NCBI RefSeq assembly: GCF_009834535.1
Contig: NC_045697.1
Span: forward strand, 34,536,001 to 34,600,000
Reading direction: 5' to 3'
Length of the DNA: 64,000 nt
Origin: Camelus ferus
Taxonomy: Eukaryota
Shown here: piece after piece, positions 13,765-28,635 of the stretch
Layout of the letters: every line of letters begins with the position of its first letter
How positions within the stretch are numbered: the first letter of the stretch is position 1
Program-made: the position numbers and the translations under genes
The notes under the pieces: model-generated
Told to the model about the DNA's origin: nothing
Databases searched by the model: none
What the model saw: the letters and a program-made list of their open reading frames with translations, nothing else

Positions 13765-14715
13765 CTAAAAGTAAATGCTCCTGATTCTCTCTACACACAA
13801 CACTTCTGACACCAGATGTGTGGGGTTTTCTACACAAAACAATCCTTCAGTTCGTGGTGGACACCAGCTGGATGTCCTACGTTTAACTCAGTTCTGATAC
13901 TAACTGCCTGAAGAGTGCAAACTGCACAAGTTAAGGGCTCAGTCCCACAAGACTGCCCCGTCCCTTCAGATGCTAGTCAGAAGTCCTATATTGTCAATGC
14001 TACTTCTGACAAACCAGCTATAAACCAGACGTCCCCGTGACCCCCTCCTCATGTTCAATAATTTGCTAGAATAGCTCACAGAACCCAGGGACACAGTTTA
14101 CTTACTATTACTGATGTATTATAAACAGTGGAACTCAGAGTAAGAGCTATATGGAAGTGATGCATAGGCCAAGGTACCTGGGAAGGGACTCAGAGCTTCC
14201 ATGCCTTCTCTGGGAGTACCACCCTCTCAGAACCTCAATGTGTTCACCAACCCGGAAGCTCTCCAGACCCCTTGGTTTAGGGTCTTTTATTGAGGCTTCA
14301 TTACATAGGCCTGATTGATAAACCACTGGACATTATTCACTAACTCAACCTCCAGCTCCTCTCCCCTCCCAGAAGGTCAGGGTTGGGGGGGTGGGATGTA
14401 GAAAGTTCCAACTCTCTAATCTCACAGCTGATTCCCCTGGCAACCAGCCCCCATCCTTAGGAACTTTCCAAAGCTCACCTCATTAACATAAATTCAGCAG
14501 TGTTTGAAACGGGCTTGTTATGAATTTAACAAAAGATGCTCTATTCAATTTTTCCCACTCTGGAGCTGTTTTAGGAGTCTGTGACAAAAACCAGATGTAA
14601 CAAATGATTCTCCTAAACATCTTACCACTTAGGAAACTACAAGGGTTTTAGGAGTTCAGGCCAGGAGCCAGGGACAAAGACCAAAATATGTATTTCTTAT
14701 TATATTGCATTTACA
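13765..14715 (-). mobile_element. MER21-like ERVL LTR inserted in an L2 remnant
   Basis: cacttctgacaccagatgtgtggggttt, gctcagtcccacaagactgcccc and gggacaaagaccaaaatatgtatttcttattata match the MER21 consensus as recalled. Confidence 0.75.
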
Positions 14716-17239
14716 AAGGAGATATCAAGTTTCTGGTTGGTTACGCAAGTCTGGAGTTTTGAAGAAAGGCTGGAGATATACATTTGGGAGACTTCAGCAT
14801 AGAGATGTTATAAAGTGTCACCAGATATATGAGCTCACTTAGGAGTGAATAATCGTGGCCATGGGACACTTCAGCATTTAAAGATTCAAGGAGGAGGGGA
14901 ACAAAAGGAGATAGAAGTTCAGTCAGAAAAGACCTGTAATGAAATGTCAAAAAAAAAAATGTCATAAAGAGAATTTTTCCTAATTCCAAAGGAAATGAGA
15001 TAATTGTCATAGAATCATCAAAAGAGGTAATAAATTTTCAATTCCTTGAGGCCTTTGAAATTGGTTAGATCTCATTTTGTCAGGTATTACTACTCCAGTG
15101 AGCTCAGCAGCGGTTAACCTGGCATCTGAAGAGCCTTTCCAGGCTTGTTATTGGATTGTTCCATTGTGTTTATTTTTCCAGGGTTAGCATCAAAGCCACA
15201 ATGCTAGGAACATATCAGTTCCTAATATAGACTGACAGTGCCCCCGAGCAGTGGCTAATGCTCCCAAAGTTATTAGGGTGCATTCATTTCCACAACCACA
15301 GTGCTCTCCTCCTGAAGAGAAAGAAATCTGAGAAATCCTAAACTCAACATACGTTGAAAAAAATATTCTTGACATTTATCTATAATAGTGATCTAGTCAG
15401 ACTCATTATTTCTCTGAATTTGTTAAAAGATAAAAAAAACTCTAAAAATATAGAAGTGAAACCCCTGAGTGTGAGGTTGATATTCAAATATCATCTTAAA
15501 AAAAAAAAACAGAACCATCTGGGAGCAGGATAATTCATTGGCACATTGTGGTGTCCAGAAATAAGCAATCATTCTAGATAAGCTATGTCACATTCCTTGT
15601 GACAGCACTATGAGGTGTTATTTTTTGTATGTTTTGTATGAAGAGAATTCCAGAACCTCCACTATTGTGTATTTCCCCTCCCCTCCCCCACTGCATGACT
15701 TTCCACATCTCTGCCTAGGCTGATGTGAATTCTTTCATCTTCTGGGCAATTCTACTTACCATTCTCTAGATGAGTGCCTTTTTTCCCCCGACATTGCCAG
15801 TAGTAACCCATTAATTAATCATGAACTCAATTTAGTAATTTGCAGCAAGCATTTTTTTAAAAGAACTGAAATAGAATAGATAAATGAGAAGGTTCCTGAG
15901 CACATAGCATGTTGTTTAAGAGCAAGTATTCTTTTCTGAAAGATTTGTCACAGCCGTGTTTTCTGGGTCACAGTACAAAATGCATTTTGTAGAGGTAGTT
16001 TATTGTGGGTCATAATCAAGGAAGTTTTAACAGACTACCCTAGAAATAGTTACCCTCTTTAGTGCACCTGTCCTCTCTGCTCAGAAATTTTTTTCTCTTC
16101 CTCAAAACTCTGCTGAATAGTCACTTCTAAGAACCATTTGTTCCCCAATGAGAGCAGCATTTTGGAATTTTTGTACCATGCTATCTGCTATGCGTCTTAA
16201 AACTGCAGCAAACACTCAGGAAAGTCCAATCAAGTAAAGCAAAATCAGAGGCTGCTAGATCATCCAGTTTATCTCACTTTAGCTTTTTCCACTGTGAGAT
16301 TAGATGTTCCATTTCTCTTAGTCATCAAAGGTAGGTCTGGGAATTTTCAGCTTCCAAGGGAACTTTATAGATGAGGTATCAGACAGTATGGTGATTTAGA
16401 CAATGTTAAGTCTTTCCATTCTCTTAATAATCATCTGGCTTGCTTTGTTCGGTGTTTGTTAAGCGTATTTCTCTCAGCCTTTGTCTTTCTGGACTAAAGT
16501 CCCAGAAAGTCCTGCCAGCCCTTGACCATTCATCTACAGCTGCCAACTCTAACACCCTTTTAGTCATTCTCCAGACCCCATTCACCTCTAATAAAATATA
16601 TTCACCTCACTAAACAGAAGTGCATACAGTTTTCTAAGTTCAGATGCCCCATGATTTTCTACAAAGGCAAGAACCTGTTTCTTCTTATCAGTTCCCAACA
16701 AAACACAGCCTTATTGTGATCTTTTTATAATTCCTCACTGGGAACATTACAAACTGCAAAACTCCTTTATCTAGGCCTTTACTGCATTTCATTGTGTGAG
16801 CCAATCATTTTAAAATTATAGTTTTAATTATTTGACCCCCAAGTGTACTCTGGTGGAACTTACCCATACTGAAGCTCATCCACTGGTTTTAAGATGATGT
16901 TTAAATATGTTAATTATGACCAGTCCCATCAAGGTCAATACCTGGACAATCTATTTATCTTTATCATTTGCTGTATGGTACCTGTTCCAAATCTCATATA
17001 CAATTTAAAAGATAATAATGCTAATCATTGTTATGATAACTTTTGAAAGTTTAAATCTATTTACAACTCAAATAAATTATTTAGTTCTGGCTTCCTGTTT
17101 GAAAGGATCATATAATTTGAAGATAGTGATCTTAACTGGGCTCAGGAAGCAAAGTTTCAATCCACATTGCCAAGATCCACCACATACTATATTTGATTGC
17201 AAATGTGTTTGAAATATTGTTAATCTATATTATGCATTA

Positions 17240-17273
17240 TGTGTGCGAGTGTGTGTGAGAGAGAGAGAGAGAG
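17240..17273. repeat. Compound (GT)n(GA)n microsatellite
   Basis: Directly visible. Confidence 0.85.
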
Positions 17274-18589
17274 ATTTATTTTTGACCACTCTCTCTGAGC
17301 TGCAAAAAAGCAATGGCTTCTTTGGTTTGGTGTGTAGACCAGGGGAGCAGGCCCCCTCTCAAAGCTACAGATAAAATGAGACTAAGTCAGTTGTGTTAAA
17401 TAAGAGTCTATATCAAAGGATTTAGCACTAAAATCTAAATAAAGAATTTCAAAAAAAAAAAAAAAAAGAACTGTCCATTATTTCAGTTCAGTAAAAAATC
17501 ACTTTCATTTTTATACCACCAAAGAGTCTTCTCTCTCTTTAATCAATGAATTTCAATGCCCGGTTATTTTAGACATGAAAATGAAAGAAATATAATCAAA
17601 GAAAATTTCATGTTACTTAATTGTGGTATGTTTCTTTGGTAATTTTATGTATTTGGTGCTCTTTGGGCATTGTTAAATTATATCCGAATGGAGCAGTGGA
17701 AATACTCATAATGTAGATCTATTAATTATCAGTATTTTTAGCAAACTAAGGAAGTAGGGAGAGTGACCTATGACATCCAAAAGTGAGTGGAAAAGAATGA
17801 CATTTCTATTCTGGAGCCCCTCTGCTAATGGTAGACAAATGTTCATCCTTCAAATGCCTTGCGTGACTCACCTGTCACTCTGCCAGGAGTAAACAAGGAG
17901 ACCACAGGGGGATATCAGGGAACACCGTGGGCTTTGGTACCACCAGGATACATGTGCTCCTCAGCATCATGAATCTTTGTGACAAACCCAGGAAACAGGC
18001 TCCCTACTCTCTGAAGAACTAACTCAAGTAGTTCTTGGACCAAGTCCAGCTGGCTAAAGCTCAGCTCAGATGAAACAAAAAGGATCTTAACTAAAAAGAG
18101 GAGAAATTGGCCATCTGACAAGAAATCCAATATCAACTCTTTTTAAGGGCCAACATTGTCAGCCTGGTGAGTAATTTTGTGGTATATTGCTATTTTCAGA
18201 ATCCTAAATGAATACATCAGTGAAAAATGCATTCTTTCACCTTTAACTCATCAAGAAACCAAGAGCGAGACGTGAAATGTAATTCTAGTATTGTCTCGAA
18301 GTTACTCAGTATGCACTCTGACTAACCTAGAGTGGAAACATACAGACAGCAGGCATATTATCACCAAGTAGAACCCCGTAAAGTACTCAACTCGGTCCTT
18401 GTAGAAAGCAGTCAAGTACAACCTCATAGGGAAATAAACTGAACCACGGGTCAAACGTCCAGGCTTTGCCACTAAATTAGCTGTGTGAATTTATACTTAA
18501 CTTCTCATTTTTCCTTCTTCATTTGAAATCACTCAAATATGCCAAAAACTGTAGAGAGAATACGTACACATGTGTGTACCTAGGTTTAT

Positions 18590-18835
18590 GGAAGTGTTAA
18601 GAGCAGGCACCCTAGAGTCTCACTGTCTGGGTTCTAATAGTGGTTGTACCATTCTCTTCCTGTAGGGCCTTGGACAAATTACTTTAACTCTCTGTGCCTC
18701 CATTTCCTCATCTGTTAAACAGGAAACATAATGGAAACTACCTTATAAATTGTGAAGGTTAAATGAATTGACATCTGGAAAGTACTTGGGGCAGAGCCTG
18801 GCACAAACTAAGCACTAAATAAGTGTTGTTACTAT
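18590..18835 (+). mobile_element. MIR SINE (representative; weaker copies near 5.0, 6.0, 12.2, 48.3, 52.7, 56.7, 60.5 and 61.5 kb)
   Basis: Core ttggacaaattactttaactctctgtgcctccatttcctcatctgttaaacagg. Confidence 0.75.
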
Positions 18836-19431
18836 TCAAACATTTTCTAGTATTCCATTGTATGAATATATTCAGATTTCTATGTCTAGTCTCCTTTTTA
18901 TGAAAACTTAAGTTATTTACAATTTTTTACTACTACCAACTTTCTTTGACGTATGCGTATGTGGCCACTATTTATAGTGACTACACGTACCTAAGAAAGA
19001 AATTGCTGGGTTTTAGGTCAACCCAACTTTAGGCTCTAGCAGGTATTAGTATATTTCTTCCCAACACATGGTAAAAATTCCCACGCTGACTCGAAGTTCC
19101 TATTGCTGCATCCTCATCAACTATAGTGTTGCCTGATCATCATTTCTCTATTTGTAAAATGAAGAGAAGTTAACTAGATGATCCCCAGTCTTCATGCATT
19201 TTCAATGTTCTCTGATTTCCTTTCCTTGAGTTTTCCACTTTTCCCCTTCACCTAGAGATAAACTAATCCAGTGAATAGCAACCTATTTCTTTTGAGTCTA
19301 TAAGCCTATTGCCTTGGTGTTTTATATTCTACCATCTAAAATCCAGAATATCTAATAATACAACTTCAATAGTCATAAAGAAGAATATCATCTAAATTGA
19401 CATTGTCCAAGCCAGGCATACTTTCAACACT

Positions 19432-20665
19432 AATAAACTCGAAATGGCTTAAAGACTTAAATGTAAGACGACACCATAAATCTCCTAGATGAGAACACAG
19501 GCAAAATATTCTCTGATATAAATCGTGGCAGTGTTCTCCTAGGGCAGTCTACCCAAGCAAAAATAAACAAATGGGACCTAATTAAACTTATAAGCTTTTG
19601 CACGGTGAAGGAAACTTTAACAAAACAAAAAGACAACCTATGAAATGGGAGAAAATATTTGCAAACAATGCAGCTGACAAGGGCTTAAGTTTCCAGAATA
19701 TACAAACAGCTCATACAACTCAATAACAAAACAACAAACAACCCAATCCAAAAAAGGGCAGAAGACCTAAAACAATTCTCCAGTGAAAACATACAAATGG
19801 CCAATAGGCACATGAGAAAATGCTCAGTATCACCAATTATTAGAGAAATGAAAATCAAAACTACGAGATATTACCTCACACTGGTAAGAATGGCCATCAT
19901 TAAAAAGTCCACAAATGATAAATGCTGGAGAGGGTGGTGAATAGGGAACCCTTCTACACTATTGGTGGGAGTGTAGTTTGGCACAGCCATTATGGAAAAC
20001 AGTATAGAGATTCCTTAAGAAACTAAAAGACTTACTGTGTGATCCAGCAATCCCACTCCTGGGCAAATATCCAGAGGAAACTCTAATTTGAAAAGATACA
20101 TGCACCCCAACAGCAGCACTATTTACAATAGCCAAGACGTGGAAGTACCTAAATGTCCATCAACAGATAAAGAAGTTGTAGTATATTTATACAATGGAAT
20201 ACTACTCAGCCATAAAAAAGAATAAAATAATGCCATTGGCAGCAACATGCATGGACCTGGAGATCATCATTCTAAATAAAGTAACCAGAAAGAGAAAGAA
20301 AAATACCATATGATATCACTTATATGTGGAATCTAAAAAAAAAAAAAAAAAAGACACAAATGAACTTATTTACAAAACACAGACTCACAGACATAGAAAA
20401 CAAACTTATAGTTACCAGGGAGAAAGGGGGTAGGGAGGGATAAATTAGGAGTTCAAGATTTGCAGATACTAACTATCATATATAAAATAGGTAAGAAACA
20501 TGGTCCTACTGAATAGCAAATTCAATATCTTGTAATGGCCTATAGTGAAAAAGAATAGGAAAAGGAATATGTTTATATATATATATAACTGAATCCCTAT
20601 GCTCTAGAAAATAACCAGAAAATAACACAACACTGTAAAACAACTATACTTCAATTAGAAAAAAA
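19432..20665 (+). mobile_element. 5'-truncated L1 (end of ORF2 plus 3'UTR)
   Basis: Typical L1 ORF2 sequence (aaataaacaaatgggacctaattaaactt; gatccagcaatcccactcctggg; atggaatactactcagccataaaaaag) followed by 3'UTR and A tail; frame broken. Confidence 0.92.
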
Positions 20666-22197
20666 CAGATCTATAGTTTTCAAGATTTTTAAAGCAATAA
20701 ACTTTTTAATGTAAAATGATAAACCTGGATTTCAATATAAATGCTACTTGCTCCTTTTTTCCCCTTTTGTTTACCTCTAATACACATCTTACACATTGGT
20801 AAAAGTGTCTTATAATTTAATTATTATTAGGACTTATTTGAACTTCCTGAATATAAGAAATATTGAAATGCTTCAATTTATCATGTTATTTTACCCATTA
20901 AATTTGCATTTTAAACTTTGATTATGTGTTCATTTTAGACTGGTGTATATTTTGTTATACTAAAATCTTCTGGAAATATTCATGTTAGAAAAAAATTGCC
21001 CATTATTACCAAAGAGTTCTGATTTTACTACCTATAATTTCTACAGAAAAACAAAAAACAAAAAAACAGCGTCAGTCTTCGAAGGTTATAATCATAGACC
21101 AACATTGCCTCCTAGTGGTAAGAAGCTTAACTGCATCATATTTGAAGTTGGAAAAAAAGATTTGCAAAACTCATCTTTTCCTAGGAGAACATAACATTAT
21201 AATACAGCTGGGGGACAGAGTAATTATCAGACCTGCTGGCAAGACTAGGTGATGGGTTTCCTGCTGTCTCACTGATCTTCCATCTATGAGTCCCAGAATT
21301 CTCTCTCTCATCTCCTTCCTCTCAGATGCAATGATAAAAGATCTTCGAACTTTAGCCAGTCCAGCCTTGTCCTTATATTAAGCTTGTCCTTAGTCTTAAT
21401 ATGTTAAGATGTTAGTTCCAAACAGCCAACTGGAGTGTGGAATCAGCCTGAGATACAGGTGGTCTCTCAGTTGTGAAAAAGTGAGCTCCTGCTTTGGCAT
21501 CCACGTGTACCCAGGGCAGCACCCTTACCCATAAGTCTCCCCAAAGCCACGTATTTCCTGTCTTTAAAAAAACAAAACGAAACAAAAACTTAAGACTCAC
21601 AGAGCTTTGGGTCAGAGATCATCACATCAGAACCCTTGGATATGTCTCTAGCTCAGATCAGACTCCAAGTCCGCACCCTCCTGGATGCTGTGATTGGAAC
21701 TGCCTCTCCCTGGGAGCAGCCCTGAGCCAAGTGTGTAACCCTCATTCATTCCTGTCTTACAAATCTGCCTGATATGAGTAGCCAGCAAGCCTTTTTACAG
21801 TGTCTTACGGGTTTTTACAACAGGCAAGAAAGAGCACAAAGAGAAGAATAAAATGCAGATGGAGGAGAATGGATAATAAGAAAAGAGAGGAAGAGGAGCA
21901 CTTGTCTCAGGCAGAAATCACATTCCATATTACTGGATGATCCACCCACTCCAGGACTAGCCACTTTCTCTTCAGTGATGAAATACTACTGGCTGATATT
22001 AAAGAGATAGGTAAAACGTAGAAGGGAAACAGAAGACTACAAAAACAATAAATAGGGCAATGAATAGTCTATTGGTAGAGTAGAATAAATTCTATCATTG
22101 GCATATACTGACTGAGGTCCATATAAATATCTGACATGTCAAATTAACAAGAAGCCATGTTATTAGAAGCAGGGACAAAAGTATCAATTCCAGTGAT

Positions 22198-23791
22198 CTG
22201 TGTTAAGAATTTTTTTTTTTGCTGCAATATGTATATTTTAATTCAAAGTGAATAGACAGTAATACACCATCAGTTCTATTCTGACACTCAACAAAATAGT
22301 TACCTGGAAAACCCACTTTTTGTGACAAAGTACGGAAGGCTTGGTCACATTTAAATCACTGAGAACTAGAAAGAAATACTACTGCAAACCATAATAGACA
22401 TTACATCCATAAAATTTTCCCAGTCCTCATTGTAATATTGCACAGTGCAACTGCTACATGGCAAACTAGTGTAGTATTGAAGCAAAAACAAAAACAAACC
22501 AAAGAAAGAAAGCCACAAGTCTAAAATTGTAAAACAGTTAACAGTTCAAACTTAGTAATCAAATCTATATCATTGGGTTTGTTAAAACAAATCTTCCTAT
22601 ACCTTGTAGTGTCTGATTTAACTTTTACTTAACACAAACCGAAATTTTTAAATTAGTAGTAGAAATTATTAAAATGAAAAAGTTTGCTAATACAGTAACA
22701 TATTTAAACACCCTGAAGGAAAAGAAATGAAATATAAGGATATTTGATTAAAAATAATTTGCAAGTTAAAGTAGTATGCAAATATGCAACTTTTATTTAA
22801 GAAATCTGTAAAACCAAAGAAAACTGGTAAAAACAGTTTTAAAGAGGGTATAAATACAGATTCTTTTGTCAATATGCTAAATTTAGACTTCAGCAGGATC
22901 TTGAATTTTTTTTCTTTTTAAACACGTAAAAAGCCCGTGATTAGAATCAGTTAAAAGCAGTGTAGTTAACTCGAGCACACCTTTTTCAAACAGTACTTAT
23001 TATATTATGAAAACATTAAAGTTTACCATTTACTGTCAACTTAACAAGACATCTCAGTCTTAGAACTGGCATACAGAAAATATGATGTTTCAGGGTAGTA
23101 AACATGGCCCTGAACAAAAAGAAAACTGCTCCAGTTTTGTACCTGGTACAAACATCAATCAATCCTTTGCACTTGGTGTTTCTGAAACTTCTGCTGCTGC
23201 CAGCACTGATTCTTTTCCTATGAGTGAGTAGATACTGGTTATCTGCTGGATGATAGAAATAAAATTAGAAGGCTGTGGAGGGCAGCAAGTTACTTAAATA
23301 GTGACTCCATAAATTTGCCATCTGTAAATAATAATTTTAAATTAACCTTAGGCTACTCCTTTTTATGTGTTATATATATTTCTATTTATATAAAATGCAT
23401 AGAATTGATTACTAAAAACACTGAAACTTGTGGGGAAAATAAAGTTCTTCATTTTCAATGTGACCAGAAATGTACTGCTGGTTTTTATTTTATGATCTAA
23501 TACTGTAATTTAAAAATCAATTTCAGGTACGTTTATTTCTTTGATGATTATTAAATAAAGCACTGCTTGTATTAATGAAGTAAAGGAAAATCTGTCCATT
23601 ATTAGCTTATTGTCAATGCTACTAGAACTGTACTAGTGATTTGCAATTAATTTACCAAAGCAATGCTATAAATCCAAAACATTTGGAGAGTTTTGCACTC
23701 AAAATCTTTTCAAAGATTTTTAAGGAAAAAAAGTTAAGTCAAGCCTGCAAGATACAGCTTTCTCAAATGTCTACTGTGCTAAGAATTTTTT
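22198..23791 (-). pseudogene. L1-mediated retrocopy of an unidentified mRNA 3'UTR (about 1.56 kb)
   Basis: 18-bp TSD CTGTG[T/C]TAAGAATTTTTT (22198-22215 / 23774-23791), poly(T) at the left end, minus-strand ATTAAA at 22237-22242, 16 nt from the tail; no long ORF. Confidence 0.75.
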
Positions 23792-23932
23792 GAGCCACAT
23801 CTGGGTTTAGCAGCAGAGAGCCATCTGATTGATTAGCAATGTCTTTCAGGACCACACATTTGTCATACAGTTACTTTTTCTTTTCTAGAACTAGCCTCCA
23901 ACCAGTTCCTTCCTGGTTCTCTAGCTAGATGC

Positions 23933-24060
23933 TGCTCAAGATTTAATGAGAGTATGAATCACCTAGGGGTCTTGCTAAAATGCACATTCTGATACAGCAT
24001 GTCTGGAGTAGGACCTGAGATTCTGAATTTCTAAGAAGCTCCCAGGTGATGCCCATGCTG
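23933..24060. mobile_element. MER5-like hAT-Charlie fragment
   Basis: gaatcacctaggggtcttgctaaaatgcacattctga...ctgagattctgaatttctaagaagctcccaggtgatgc. Confidence 0.7.
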
Positions 24061-24621
24061 ACCCACAGAACTTCCAGGCCTCCTTTTCTAGCATTACAAC
24101 AACTTCCTTTGCTCATCACCCAGCAATAGTATTACCTTTCTCCCTTTTTCTTATTGCTGGCCAGTAGCCACAGCTGTCAGGCCTTAATAACCACAGAATT
24201 TTAAAACTTTATCATAAAGGAGTCTACAACATTTTGTGATTTTCAATATTATATATATGTATATATATATAATAAAGTCTGATTTGTCATGCTTTAATTT
24301 TTTGTTTTTTTATTTTTATTTGTAATTTTTAACACTTTATTGTGGTATGGTTCCTGTACAGTAAACTACAGATATTTCAGATGTACACTTTGATGAATTT
24401 TGATAGATATATACACCAATGAAACCACCACCACAATCAAGATAGCTAACATTTCCATCAGTCCCCAAGAGGTCATGCTTTTAGTTAGAAGTTTCTCTCA
24501 ACCCTGCTTCCCAAATCCTAGAATACAATGGTTAAGGTCCTTTAGATGACTTGGAAGCTCTACAAGATCCTAAACTCTCTACTAAATTATCAAATAAATA
24601 GTAGTCACTACAACTTTAGGA

Positions 24622-24813
24622 TTTATTTTCCTTTATTGCAATCTAATTCTTAAATGGTATTCTGAACATGATGTACACAGTAATTCCCAGTTGCTCCTCA
24701 ATAATGTAAATTGCCCAAAAGTGAGGGATCCTTGTTCACTTTTATAAAGAGTCTTACATAAAAGGAGCATATGTGAAAAAAAATCAGAAGGTACAGATTC
24801 TGACAAGTTTATT
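24622..24813 (-). terminator. CNGA1: Candidate CNGA1 polyadenylation signals
   Basis: Minus-strand AATAAA at 24808-24813, 24632-24637 and 24622-24627, about 210-400 nt after the stop. Confidence 0.6.
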
Positions 24814-25023
24814 GGTTTCTATCTTTGCATATTATCCATTGTGAAAAATTCAAAGTGTGATGATTCTTTAGTCACAGTACCTTTGTGCCCTGCACCAAAG
24901 CACATTTTCCTTATGGAAGAATTTCCAGATGACTATTCCTCTTCTTCCAACTTACAGTTGCCTTTATCACATCACCGAAAGGATCACTGAGGCATAACCT
25001 TATGCATAACCAGCTTTTCAGTC

Positions 25024-26502
<1,479 letters not shown>

Positions 26503-27750
26503 CTAAAGTAACTCCCAATGAACTCCACTGAGTTCAAAACAAGAGTTCATTTCCAATCAACATTGCTTGTAGCAATGTGGTAAGATATGAGTACTTATCA
26601 ACATAAGGCTGTGGAAAATATTCTTTTGCAGAAATAAAAAGTAACACTTTGTAACGGCAAAAGTGAGAGAGTATGTGCAATGTATATTACAAGGTATGTA
26701 CACAAATCTCTCTAGATTCAGCATCTCACCCATGTAAAGCCATTCCCTTTATGAACAGTGTTCTTGGAAAGTTTTATGAACACCCTAGCACTGTGCCTAA
26801 CTCCCTGTGCCACTCTCGTGTCAGAATCCCGGCCCCAACCTTGAAGCTTGAGGACCTCCTTGCTATTTGACAATTGTGCATATTCTTGCCTTGCCTCTTC
26901 GATGTGAAGCATCCATCCTTTGAGACTTCATTTTCATCTCTCCTTCTGGCTCCCCAGGCTTCCTTAGACATTGGGATCTTCCCTTCTCCTAAATTGCTAC
27001 CACGAGCCTTGTGTATTAAACTCAGGATTTCAGTACTATGATATATTTCACTAGGGAAGGAATCTGCTTCTCTTCCTCTACTGGTTACCAGCTGTGAATA
27101 GAACAGAACTGAAGTATTGCTCCAGTGCACTGAGAGCAGAGAATGTCCCTATTTTACATAATGATTCTTAAAAGCCATACTCTGTGTACACAGGTTACCT
27201 TTGCTTGTGGAGAGTAGTACAGACAAGGAGCTTATACCTACTTAACAAGAATATTTAAGTAGGAAGCTATCAGATCCTGCCCAGATTATTGGTCAATAAT
27301 GCCTCACCATGGACCACAAAGTTGAATTAAGGATGTATATCCTGTTTCTTGTAAAATTTCTTGCACAGCTTAGCTGGATAAGATGACATTTTTCCCCATG
27401 CTTCTTCAAGGAATCTCTGTTAGGTAGCAATTACCCTTTCCCTACAGAGCTGGCAGAATATTTCTGTTCTCTCTATTCCTCCCGCCTGGCATAAACCCAG
27501 TGAACAGGATAACAGAGGAAAGCCATCAATCCGCATTCAGAAGGTTGCCTAGTAATGGCCTCCTGAATCAGCTGGAGTGGCCTAAGCCTGTGGGTGGGAA
27601 TATGGTACTCTTGCCTTCAACGGTGCCTTTTCTTCTGAAACAAATTTTTGTTAGTTTATTTTGAAGAACACTTGAATTAAGAAATTTCAAATTATAGGGA
27701 GAGAGATAAAACCATGAAATTATGAAATATCCAAAACTGAACATATTTAC

Positions 27751-27857
27751 CTGTCCTTGTTCGTACAAACATATCGAGAAGATAGACTAAATCTGACAAG
27801 TAATCAAAAATGAGCCAGTATTCCAGGTAATCAGACTGAAGTTCATCAAAACATGCT
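27751..27857 (-). CDS. CNGA1: CNGA1 coding exon 7 ([35 protein letters not shown])
   Basis: 107 nt, cttttacag| acceptor, |gtaaat donor, phase 2 in and phase 1 out. Confidence 0.96.
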
Positions 27858-28635
27858 CTGTAAAAGAAAAGCTTGTATAAATAGGGTGAAATGGGACCAT
27901 TTTCAGTAGAAGTCCTCTTTGTATCATTTTTATCATGGTGAGAAGTGTAGCATGCTCAGGTTGGAAGGGTCCATAGGGCCCATTTAATCAACCGTGACTT
28001 TCCCAAATCCTTTCCTGAGTGTGAGGGTTGGACTTAGTTTTCTCATACTTCTGAATTTCAGCATTCTTTCCATTATACTAGTCAACTTTGTAAAAACATC
28101 GAATGAGAATAAATGACCTCAAGCTAATGTCAAAATATTTGGGGTGATACACATTGATAACCAGGTTCATATTTACTATCTGTACCCCAAAATGCCTCAG
28201 GAAATCACGGTTGGCCCTGGATGGCTGAGATGTTTACTGTCTAAAAGACAGAAACCATAGATATCACTTGGGAAACACGTCTGACTCTACACAACCTAGG
28301 ATCCTTAATCTTTTTCCAGTCTTGGCAAAATGTTTCCTTGTAGCCAAAGAAAATAAAGTTTCTCCCAAAGTTCTAATTAAATGATTGAGCGATCAAACAT
28401 TTAAAAGGATGCCCCGCCCCACACCTCCTCCCCATCCCAGTACTGGATTTCCAAGGATATTGGGAACCAAAGCACCTACTCCTGAACTTAGGGACATACA
28501 TTGAGAATGACACAGCCTCCTCTCCAACCTGTGGTGGAGAAAGGAGGTACGTCCTGAAGAGCTCTAGGCCAGACTGCTAAGTCAGCTAACTTAGAAACTA
28601 GAAGTGGGTTGAGAGCCAGAAAAAAATACAGACAC

